This document shows, piece by piece, positions 49,282 to 57,903 of a stretch of DNA of 64,000 bases (position 1 is its first letter; each line of letters opens with the position of its first letter). The DNA comes from an uncultured delta proteobacterium (GTDB lineage Bacteria > Desulfobacterota > Binatia > Binatales > Binataceae), in assembly GCA_963711565.1 (NCBI GenBank), contig CAVQEQ010000003.1, positions 1,344,001 through 1,408,000 on the forward strand, read 5' to 3'. Both the position numbers and the translations under genes were made by a program. A model generated the notes under the pieces. That model saw only the letters and a program-made list of their open reading frames with translations, was not told the origin of the DNA and searched no databases.

Positions 49282-49863
49282 ATGCGAATAATTGCGGGAC
49301 ATGCTCACGGCCGACGGCTAAAGGCGCCGCGCGGCTTGCTCACCCGGCCGACGTCGGCGCGGGCGCGCGAGTCGATTTTCTCGCGCCTCGCGGTGCGGAT
49401 GGATCTCGACGGTGTTCGCGTGCTCGACATTTTCGCCGGCAGCGGCTCGCTCGGCATCGAGTCGCTCTCCCGCGGCGCCGCGCACGTGACGTTTGTCGAT
49501 TCGTCGCGCGATGCGGCGGCGGCGATTCGTGCCAATCTCGCGCAGCTCGAGCTTTCCGATCGCGCGCACGTGCTGGTGTCCGAGGTGCATCGCGCACTCG
49601 GCGAACTCGGACGCGCGCACGAATCGTTCGATTTGATATTTGTCGATGCGCCGTTCAAGGACGACATGAGCGCGGAAGTTTTAGCGATGCTCGGCGAATT
49701 CAACCTCGTCGCGCCCGCCGGATGGATAGTAGTGGAACAATCGAAACGCGCGCCGGCGGCGCCGTCCGCTCCCGAAGCCCACGAGCGCGCGTTCGTCGCA
49801 ACCATCGGCGATCACCGGATCGCCTTTTACCGGCGACCCGCTCCGGCGCCGAGTGCAGAGTGA
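49282..49863 (+). CDS. rsmD: 16S rRNA m2G966 methyltransferase
   Basis: MRIIAG...GRRL, RPT, DIFAGSGSLGIESLSRGA; upstream of coaD. Confidence 0.92.
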   Translation: MRIIAGHAHGRRLKAPRGLLTRPTSARARESIFSRLAVRMDLDGVRVLDIFAGSGSLGIESLSRGAAHVTFVDSSRDAAAAIRANLAQLELSDRAHVLVSEVHRALGELGRAHESFDLIFVDAPFKDDMSAEVLAMLGEFNLVAPAGWIVVEQSKRAPAAPSAPEAHERAFVATIGDHRIAFYRRPAPAPSAE

Positions 49864-49876
49864 CGGTCTGAAGAAA

Positions 49877-50389
49877 ATGACCAAAAGCAAAGAGCGCACT
49901 CCGTTGATCGCCGTTTACCCCGGCAGCTTCGACCCAATTCACAACGGTCACGTCGATGTCATCCGGCGCAGCGTCGCGATTTTCGACGAAGTGATCGTCG
50001 CCGTCACCTACAATCCGCACAAGGACGCGGCGCTGTTTTCCGGTGACGAGCGCGTCGAAATAATTCGCGAAGTCATCCACGACCTCGAGCCGCGCGCGCG
50101 GGTCGATAAGTTCAGCGGGCTGTCGGTCGATTACGCGGAACGCATCGGCGCCAAGGTGTTGATTCGCTCGCTGCGCGCCGTGACCGATTTCGATTACGAG
50201 CTCCAGATGGCGCAGATGAACAAGACGATGAGCCCGAACGTCGAGACGGTTTTCATGTTCTCGAACCCGCGGCTGTTCTTCAGCTCGTCGCACCTGATCA
50301 AGGAAGTCGCCGGCTACGGCAAGCGCCTGCCCGAGCTGGTCCCCGAACTCGTAATCGAACGCCTGCGCGCAAAGCTCAAAGTCGGTTAA
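49877..50389 (+). CDS. coaD: Phosphopantetheine adenylyltransferase
   Basis: YPGSFDPIHNGH, LRAVTDFDYELQMA. Confidence 0.95.
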   Translation: MTKSKERTPLIAVYPGSFDPIHNGHVDVIRRSVAIFDEVIVAVTYNPHKDAALFSGDERVEIIREVIHDLEPRARVDKFSGLSVDYAERIGAKVLIRSLRAVTDFDYELQMAQMNKTMSPNVETVFMFSNPRLFFSSSHLIKEVAGYGKRLPELVPELVIERLRAKLKVG

Positions 50390-50474
50390 GCGGTTTTTTC
50401 AAAACGCCGGGACAGATACAATCGGTGCTCGTTCATACCACCGCACGGGTGGTTAGAGATCTGGATTTAACCCA

Positions 50475-51674
50475 ATGTTGAAGCTCAATCGCAGAATCGC
50501 CGCAATCAAACCGTCCGCTACGCTGGCCGCCGACGCCCGCGCTACCGAGATGAAGCTCGCGGGAATCAACGTCATCTCGCTGGCTGCCGGCGAGCCCGAC
50601 TTCGACACGCCCGACCACATTAAGCGCGCCGCAATCAAAGCGCTCGACGCGGGCCAAACCAAGTACACGCCGGTGGGCGGGACCGCGGCGCTCAAGAAGG
50701 CGATCCAGCTGAAGCTCAAGCGCGACAACCACCTCGACTACGAGCCGAGCGAAATAATCGCGTCCGCCGGATGCAAGCAGGCCGAGGCCAACGTGATCGC
50801 CGCGCTGTTCGACGAAGGCGACGAGGTGATCATCCCAACGCCGGCGTGGGTCAGTTTCGCCGCGATGGTTTCGCTGTCGGGCGCTGAGCCGAAGTTCGTG
50901 CCGTGCTCGGAACAATCCGGTTTCATGCTCGAGCCCGAGGCTTTACGCCGCGCGATCACTCCTCGCACGCGCGGCATCATGCTCAATTCGCCGTCGAATC
51001 CAACCGGCGCCGTGTACGGTCCCGAGCAACTCACCGCGATCGCGCGCGTGCTGGTGGACACCGACATCTGGGTGATGTCGGACGACGTTTACGAGCATAT
51101 CGCTTACGGCGAGTTCGCGCCGCACTTGTTCCAGATCGAGCCGCGGCTCACGTCCCACGGCATCGTCTTCAACTCGCTGTCGAAGACCTACGCGATGACC
51201 GGATGGCGCATCGGATTTGCGGCCGGGCCGAAGGAGGCGATCGCGGCTGCCGGCCGCTTGCAGAGCCAGAACAGCGGCAATCCCAACTCCATCACGCAAG
51301 CCGCCGCCATCGAGGCGCTGACCGGCCCGCAGGACGCGCTCGCGCCGATGCTCGAGGCATTCCGCGAGCGCAACGCGCTGGTGGTCGAGCGCGTGCGGCG
51401 AATCCCGGGCTTCAGGCTGCCCAACGTTCCGCAGGGCGCGTTCTACGCGTTCCCGAACGTGTCGGAATTGATCGGCGGCCGCTTCGGCGACAAGAAAATC
51501 ACCGACGGCGACACGCTCGCGGCGTTTATCCTCGACGAGGCGCACGTCTCGCTCGTCGGCGGCAACGACTTCGGTGCGCCCAATCACGTCCGGCTTTCGT
51601 ACGCCACCTCGACGAAGAATCTGAACGAGGCATTCGATCGTATCGAGCGCGCCGTCGCGAAGCTCAAGCGCTAG
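50475..51674 (+). CDS. Aspartate aminotransferase-like PLP enzyme (class I/II)
   Basis: GEPDFDTP, NSPSNPTG, SDDVY, SLSKTYAMTGWRIG. Confidence 0.92.
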   Translation: MLKLNRRIAAIKPSATLAADARATEMKLAGINVISLAAGEPDFDTPDHIKRAAIKALDAGQTKYTPVGGTAALKKAIQLKLKRDNHLDYEPSEIIASAGCKQAEANVIAALFDEGDEVIIPTPAWVSFAAMVSLSGAEPKFVPCSEQSGFMLEPEALRRAITPRTRGIMLNSPSNPTGAVYGPEQLTAIARVLVDTDIWVMSDDVYEHIAYGEFAPHLFQIEPRLTSHGIVFNSLSKTYAMTGWRIGFAAGPKEAIAAAGRLQSQNSGNPNSITQAAAIEALTGPQDALAPMLEAFRERNALVVERVRRIPGFRLPNVPQGAFYAFPNVSELIGGRFGDKKITDGDTLAAFILDEAHVSLVGGNDFGAPNHVRLSYATSTKNLNEAFDRIERAVAKLKR

Positions 51675-51679
51675 CCGCG

Positions 51680-52894
51680 ATGGCCGAGCGGGCGGGTTCA
51701 CGCACCTATCTGCGACGGCTGCCGATTACCACGATTGCGGCCACGATCCTCGCGATCGCCGCGGCGCTCTCGGTCGCCCAACGCATGCGCGCCGTCGCGC
51801 ACCGTTACGACAACGTCGATTTCGTTTTCTACTACGGCTGGTGGACCGACTATTCGAGCGGCGGCGACCCGTGGGTGGTGCATAGCAAGTCCATCGAGAT
51901 GCGCCCCGGCGTCGTGCGTCCGCGTTATTGCAACAACACGCCGTTTTTCGTCGAGCTATTCTCACCGCTGGCCAGACTCGACCAGAAAGCCGCCTTCTGG
52001 ACCTGGCAGGCCGGGCAACTGCTATGCCTGGTGCTCGCCGTGCTGATGCTGGCGCGCGGGAACGATCCGCCGCTCGAGACCGCGGCGACGATTATCGTCC
52101 TTTCACTGCTGCTGCTATCGCGCCCGTTCGCCGGCACGCTCGTGGGCGCCGAAGTCACGCCGACGCTGCTGGTGCTGTTGGCGGCGTCATGGTTCTGCGC
52201 GAGGCGAGAGCGTCCGGCGCCCGCCGGTATGTGCCTCGCATTGGCGGCGCTGGTGAAGCTCTACCCCGTGACGGCCGGCGGCTATTTTTTATTTTCCCGC
52301 CGATGGCGTGCGCTCGGCTGGGCCATCGGATTCTTCGTGGCCGGCGTGCTGCTGACAAATCCCGCGCACTGGATCGAGCTCGCTACTCAAGAGATGCCAG
52401 TGTCCTATCGCAACGTCGCGCGCGCCGAACTCACCGTGCTCGCGTTTGTGCGGAAAATCGTCGCGCACTTCGCCGGCACGTTAACGATCGCGGCGCCGTT
52501 CTTCGCCGTCGTCGGATTCACCGCGCTCATCGACCTCGCGCTGATCGTGATTGCCGCGGCGTCGTCGCTCACCAGCCAACGGCGCGACGATCTCGACGGT
52601 CTCGTGTTCGGACTGTGGGTCGCGCTTGCGCTCCTGATGTCACCGCTCGCGTGGATTCCTGAAACGCTGCTGCTGCTGCCCGCGTACCTGTTCGGGACGC
52701 TCGCCGCGTGGAAAGGTTTCCAGCGACGCGAACCAGCCCGTCAGACCACGTTGATTGCGGGCAGCGTGATACTCGCCGGCTGCATGGTGACCGCATTGAT
52801 CAAAGCGGTGCCGCATCCGGGATTTCCGATGCTGCTGGCAGCGTACTTCGGCACCGCGCTGATCGTTCGGGCGCGGATGCAATCGGAGGCTTAG
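51680..52894 (+). CDS. GT87/DUF2029-like membrane glycosyltransferase
   Basis: DFVFYY, TPFF, ALVKLYP, SPLAW; multi-TM. Confidence 0.7.
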   Translation: MAERAGSRTYLRRLPITTIAATILAIAAALSVAQRMRAVAHRYDNVDFVFYYGWWTDYSSGGDPWVVHSKSIEMRPGVVRPRYCNNTPFFVELFSPLARLDQKAAFWTWQAGQLLCLVLAVLMLARGNDPPLETAATIIVLSLLLLSRPFAGTLVGAEVTPTLLVLLAASWFCARRERPAPAGMCLALAALVKLYPVTAGGYFLFSRRWRALGWAIGFFVAGVLLTNPAHWIELATQEMPVSYRNVARAELTVLAFVRKIVAHFAGTLTIAAPFFAVVGFTALIDLALIVIAAASSLTSQRRDDLDGLVFGLWVALALLMSPLAWIPETLLLLPAYLFGTLAAWKGFQRREPARQTTLIAGSVILAGCMVTALIKAVPHPGFPMLLAAYFGTALIVRARMQSEA

Positions 52895-53322
52895 GGCTTC
52901 CGCCACGGGGCGGGCAATTCTCCCGTGTCGAGCCATCGCACGTACTCGGCGAGAATCTCGGCGTGATCGAATGCGAGCGGAGTCGGCGGATTGCGCGGAT
53001 CGCACAGCGTGGCGTTCTTCGCGTCGTCGGCGCCGCGTGGCGCCCCGGATGCGCGCGCGACGTAAACCACTGTGATCGTCTGGCCGCGCGGATCGCGATC
53101 GGGCCGCGAATACACGCCGAGAATCGCGCGAAGCTCGACCTCGAGCGAGATTTCCTCGCGCGCCTCGCGCACCGCAGCCGCCTCGACGGTCTCGCCGAAA
53201 TCGACGAAGCCGCCGGGAATCGCCCATCCCAACGGAACATTGCGACGCTCGATCAAGACGACTTTATCGCCGACCTCGGCAATTACGTCGGCGGCTATCG
53301 GAGGGCATTTCGGCCGTGGCAT
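52891..53322 (-). CDS. NUDIX hydrolase
   Basis: GGFVDFGETVEAAAVREAREE, RDPR, AFDH. Confidence 0.92.
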   Translation of the reverse strand: MPRPKCPPIAADVIAEVGDKVVLIERRNVPLGWAIPGGFVDFGETVEAAAVREAREEISLEVELRAILGVYSRPDRDPRGQTITVVYVARASGAPRGADDAKNATLCDPRNPPTPLAFDHAEILAEYVRWLDTGELPAPWRKP

Positions 53323-53350
53323 GATGCGATTCTAACATGGCGGTAACTTT

Positions 53351-54373
53351 ATGCAGGTAGCTCGGCTTTACGATTTCGGGGATATCCGCGTCGAGGAAAG
53401 CGCCCGACCCGCGGTCGGCGCCGGCGATATTCTGGTCCGCGCGAGCGCGTGCGGCATCTGCTCGGGCGACATCATGCCCTGGTATATCAAGCGCAAGGCG
53501 CCGCTCGTGCTGGGCCACGAGCCGGTCGGCATCGTCGAGCAGACCGGCCCCGCGGTGCGCGAATTCAAGCGCGGCGACCGCGTCTTCGTGCATCATCATG
53601 CGCCGTGCTTTCAATGCGCGGCATGCCGGCGCGGCGAGTATGTGCAGTGCGCGACCTGGCGCGCGACCAATATCGTGCCGGGCGGGATGGCGGAATTTTT
53701 TCTGGTGAGCGCGGCAAATCAGCGCGACACGCTGCGGCTGCCCGACTCGATCGCCGACGCCGACGGCGTGCTGATCGAGCCGGCGGCCTGCGTCGTCAAG
53801 TCGCTCAAGCGCTCGGGCCTGAAGGCCGGCGAGTCAATTCTGATTATCGGTCTTGGCATCATGGGCATGATGCACGTGAAGCTCGCGCGGCATCTCGGCG
53901 CCGGGACGATCATCGGCGCCGACCTGTTCCATTCACGCGCCCAACGCGCGATCGAGCTCGGCGCCGATCGCGGGATCGTCGTCGAAGGCGACAACCTGGT
54001 CGAGCAGGTGCGCGAAATCACCAATGGCGCGATGGCCGACGTTGTGATCGTCGGACCCGGCACGTCGAAGGCAATCGCCGCGGGAATCGCCGCCGCGGGC
54101 AAAGGCGCCACCGTCGTTCAGTTCACCGCGACGCCGCCCGACGACGAGTTGATCGTCAAGCCGCACGATCTCTATTTCAACGAGACCCGGCTCGTCCCCA
54201 GCTATTCATGCGGTCCCGACGAAACGCGCGAGGCGTTGTCGCTGGTCGAGCGCGGCGTAATCAATGCTCGTGAACTGGTGACGCATCGGTTTCCGCTGGC
54301 GCAAATAACCGAGGCATTCGCGACCGCGCAGAAGCCCGAATCGCTGAAAGTGATTGTCACGTTCGCGAGTTGA
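53351..54373 (+). CDS. Zinc-dependent MDR dehydrogenase (threonine/sorbitol dehydrogenase-like)
   Basis: CGICSGD, GHE, CFQCAAC..C, GLGIMG. Confidence 0.9.
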   Translation: MQVARLYDFGDIRVEESARPAVGAGDILVRASACGICSGDIMPWYIKRKAPLVLGHEPVGIVEQTGPAVREFKRGDRVFVHHHAPCFQCAACRRGEYVQCATWRATNIVPGGMAEFFLVSAANQRDTLRLPDSIADADGVLIEPAACVVKSLKRSGLKAGESILIIGLGIMGMMHVKLARHLGAGTIIGADLFHSRAQRAIELGADRGIVVEGDNLVEQVREITNGAMADVVIVGPGTSKAIAAGIAAAGKGATVVQFTATPPDDELIVKPHDLYFNETRLVPSYSCGPDETREALSLVERGVINARELVTHRFPLAQITEAFATAQKPESLKVIVTFAS

Positions 54374-54431
54374 GGCCGGAAAACGCTGAAGCCGGAGCTG
54401 AATACTCAGACCGGCGGTGGACTGATAGACG

Positions 54432-54465
54432 AACGAGGGCGGCTGCCGATGCAACCGCCCTCGTT
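54432..54465. terminator. Hairpin between convergent genes
   Basis: AACGAGGGCGGCTGC-CGAT-GCAACCGCCCTCGTT. Confidence 0.65.
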
Positions 54466-54485
54466 ACTATCAAGCCTGAGCGAAA

Positions 54486-54902
54486 TTACGGAGTGGCAGG
54501 AGCCGGTGCCGGCGCCGCGCCGCTATCGGGTGCCGGCGCTGCGCCCGCGTCAGACGGTGCCGCTGCCGCCGCCGCATGGTGGTGATAATGATGATGCACC
54601 ATGTGAGGCGCGCCGGACATCGTCTTCGACGCGATCGCTTCCGCGCGATCCGCGGCCGCCTTCGCATCACTGGCCGCCTGCTCTACGCGGCTTGCCGCCG
54701 CCTGAGCCTCAGCCGCCGAAGCCGCCGATTTCTGCGCCGCCGCATCGGCACGCGCCGCAGCCTGGTCAGCTTGATTCGCCGCGTTAACGGCGCGCTGCGC
54801 TGGATCCGGCTCGTTCGACGAACATCCCGCGAGCAACGAAAGGGCCAACACAGCCCCGGCAAGACCGACCAGTTTTGAAGATTTTCTCATTAACCCTTCC
54901 AT
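54486..54902 (-). CDS. Alanine-zipper (OprI/Lpp-like) lipoprotein with a His-rich tail
   Basis: AGGAGG RBS, lipobox LAGC, Ala heptads, HHHYHHH. Confidence 0.75.
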   Translation of the reverse strand: MEGLMRKSSKLVGLAGAVLALSLLAGCSSNEPDPAQRAVNAANQADQAAARADAAAQKSAASAAEAQAAASRVEQAASDAKAAADRAEAIASKTMSGAPHMVHHHYHHHAAAAAAPSDAGAAPAPDSGAAPAPAPATP

Positions 54903-55350
54903 TTATTCCTCCTAAGGAATGCGCAAGAGCATTGCTAAGTGATTCACGGCCCCTGCATTAAGACTCTCAATTTGTCGCACAAACTCCCAGCCCTGTGCAA
55001 GCCTTTGTTGTGCGAGTTGCTACCGCAAATACTATTGACCCGAGTTGCTATTTGTATCTAGCGCGGCGCAATAGCATGTTCATGAAGACGCGATTAAAAC
55101 TCGCTAGTCAACCTGTTGCGCCGAATTCATTTACATCCACTCACAGTGGGGTATTCGGCCTCATTGCTAATCTTCTCGCGCTCGGCAGAGTCGTGTGTAG
55201 CTACTCATAACGGGTTACGATGTAACTATTGCGGGTGCGCGCGAACGACTATTCGATGCACTCGTCGTATGGTTCCCGATTGATCGCTCTTTTCGTCCCC
55301 GCCGGAACCATCTCGAACTGTTCCGTGATTGCCAATCTTGAGCTCTGCGA

Positions 55351-57041
55351 CTAGAAGTCGTCGCCGCCGAAGTCGTCCATTCCACCCATACCGCCCATGC
55401 CCCCCATTCCACCCATGCCGCCGCCCATTCCTCCGCCGCCAGGCATCGCCGGCATCGGCGCCGGCTTCTTCGGTGCTTCGGCCACGGCGGCCTCGGTCGT
55501 CAGCATCATCGACGCGGCGCTGGCTGCGTTCTCGAGTGCGGAACGCACGACCTTGGCAGGATCGAGTACGCCTGCTTTGACCAGATCCTCGTAAACTTCG
55601 GTGCCGGCATTGAAACCGAAATCGTTTTTGCCTTCGAGCACAGCGTTGAGAACGACCTCGGGCTCGTGACCGGCGTTGCGTGCGATCTGTCTGAGCGGTT
55701 CGGCCATCGCCGACGCTACGATTCCGGCGCGGCCTTCTGATTTTCGTTGAGTCTCATCGACTTCACGGCCGCGATTGCGCGCACCAGCGCGACGCCGCCA
55801 CCGGGTACGATTCCTTCCTCGACCGCGGCGCGGAGCGCATGCACGGCATCATCGACGCGCGCCTTTTTTTCTTTCAGCTCGACTTCGGTCGCCGCGCCAA
55901 CCTTGATCACGGCCACGCCGCCGGTGAGCTTCGCCAACCGCTCTTGTAACTTCTCGCGATCGTAGTCGGAGGTAGTCTCCTGAATCTGGCGGCGGATCAA
56001 TTCGATTCGCCCCTGGATCTCGGACTTCTTCCCCGCACCGCCGATAATCGTCGTATTGTCCTTGTCGATCAGAACTCGCTTGCACTTGCCGAGCGAGGTG
56101 ATCGCGATATTCTCGATCTTGGCGCCGAGTTCCTCGGCGATCAGAGTGCCGCCGGTCAGAACCGCCATGTCCTGCAGCATTTCCTTGCGTCGATCGCCGA
56201 AGCCGGGCGCTTTGACCGCCGCGACTTTGATCGTGCCGCGCAGCTTGTTCACGACCAGCGCGGCCAGCGCCTCGCTCTCGACGTCCTCTGCGATTATCAG
56301 CAACTGGCGGCCGGTCTGCACGACGCTTTCGAGCAGCGGCAGGATCTCGCGCAGGTTGGAGAGTTTCTTTTCGTGGAACAGGATCAGCGGCTCGTCGAGC
56401 ACGACCGTCAGCTTGTCCGCGTTAGTCACGAAGTACGGCGACAGGTAACCGCGATCGAAACGCATCCCTTCGACCAGGTCGAGCACCGTGTCGAGCCCGC
56501 GCGCCTCTTCGACGGTGATCACGCCTTCCTTGCCGACCTTGTCCATCGCGTCGGCAACAATTTTGCCAATCGACTTGTCGCCGTTGGCCGACACTGTCGC
56601 GACCTGCTCGAGGCGATCGCGCTCCTTAACCGGCCGCGACATCTCCTTGATAGTCGCCACCGCCTTGACCACCGCCGCTTCGATTCCGCGCCGCAGTTCC
56701 ATCGCGGGGAAGCCAGCCGCCAGCAGCTTGATCCCCTCGCGCACGATCGCTCCCGCCAGCACCGTCGCGGTGGTGGTGCCGTCGCCGGCGACGTCGGAGG
56801 TTTTCTGCGCGACCTCGCGAATCAGCTTCGCGCCCATGTTCTCGAAGCGGTTCTCGAGTTCGATTTCCTTGACTACGGTCACGCCGTCCTTGGTGACGGT
56901 CGGCGCGCCGAAACTCCGCTGGATCATGACGTTGCGGCCCCTGGGTCCCAAAGTTACGCGCGCGGCTTCCGCCACCAGCGTCGCGCCCTTTACGATTCCG
57001 ACTCGCGCCCTCTCGTGCAGCTCAACCGTTTTGGCCGGCAT
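55351..57041 (-). pseudogene. groL: Chaperonin GroEL, frameshifted at ~55729 (possibly a sequencing error)
   Basis: [36 protein letters not shown]; C-terminal DPAKVVR and GGM repeats in another frame. Confidence 0.92.
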
Positions 57042-57275
57042 GTGAATAAACTCCGTCTTGCTCTCTCGATTTGGATTCAGCCCGGCGCACCACCATATCG
57101 GCGGCTTGCAGGACCGCTATGAATTTAAACATCGCGCGGGGCGATGCAATAGGACAACGCTCCAACTGACGATCTTTATGAATTCCGCGGGGCGTGCAAG
57201 GATGTGCTTCGCAGCTGCCCGGATTTCCTGCGGAGGCTATTCAACGTGAACCAAATTATCAAACGATTAGCGGGA

Positions 57276-57674
57276 ATGCGCGCGGGCGCGACAACCGCAT
57301 TAATAGCGACAATCTGCGGCGCGTTCGCGATACTGCCGGCGTCGCAAGCGTCGGCGACGCTCCAACAGCATGCGCTTCAGTTCGCGGCCGATCCGGATTC
57401 AGAACCGCCGCCGGAACCCTCCGACGGGAGCGACGAGGACGACAAAGACGTTCCCACCAGCCAGGTTGACAAGTACATCAGCGTTTACGAAGCGATGCAG
57501 AAAGACCGCAACCTGACCGTTGACCAGGCCGCTCCTCAGCAAGGCCTCACGGTCGCGCAGTTTAGGGCACTCGAGAACAAAATCGAAGCCGACGACACCC
57601 TGCGCGAGCGCGTCCGCAAGGCGCTAAGGCACGCCGCGAACCCAAACCAGAAAGACGATTCGTCGGACGACTAG
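57276..57674 (+). CDS. Secreted helical protein, DUF4168-like
   Basis: Signal peptide; QVDKYISVY...GLTVAQF....I.ADD.LRERV. Confidence 0.55.
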   Translation: MRAGATTALIATICGAFAILPASQASATLQQHALQFAADPDSEPPPEPSDGSDEDDKDVPTSQVDKYISVYEAMQKDRNLTVDQAAPQQGLTVAQFRALENKIEADDTLRERVRKALRHAANPNQKDDSSDD

Positions 57675-57697
57675 AGGGGCCGAGTCGGGGGAAGGGG

Positions 57698-57776
57698 AAA
57701 TCACTTGATTGAATGTGAAACCCGCCGTGGGTTTCACTCTTCCCTGGGCAGGGGGTGACCCCTGCACCCGGGAATC
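57698..57776 (+). repeat. Two-hairpin repeat, copy 6
   Basis: AAATCACTTGATTGAATGTGAAACCC-gccgt-GGGTTTCAC..GGCAGGGGGTGACCCCTGCACCCGG. Confidence 0.85.
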
Positions 57777-57903
57777 TGAGAACTTCATTTCGGCGCACGC
57801 CGTCGGCTGTATCGCAAACGTGCTTTCGCGCGTACATCATGCAATGAATTCGAGTTGCGCGGTAAACATCTAGTTGCCTTCGGAGGTCGCCGCATCCTGA
57901 CCC

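Noticed and set aside
54903-55350. Long intergenic region as an ncRNA or the 71-aa ORF at 54995
   Set aside because: Only weak inverted repeats, no recognisable family or RBS; most likely promoter DNA.
55355-55445. 9-bp tandem repeats
   Set aside because: The ordinary GroEL GGM tail.
4436-57776. Hairpin repeat family as CRISPR repeats or tRNA fragments
   Set aside because: Copies are kilobases apart with no spacers or cas genes, and there is no cloverleaf or T-loop motif.
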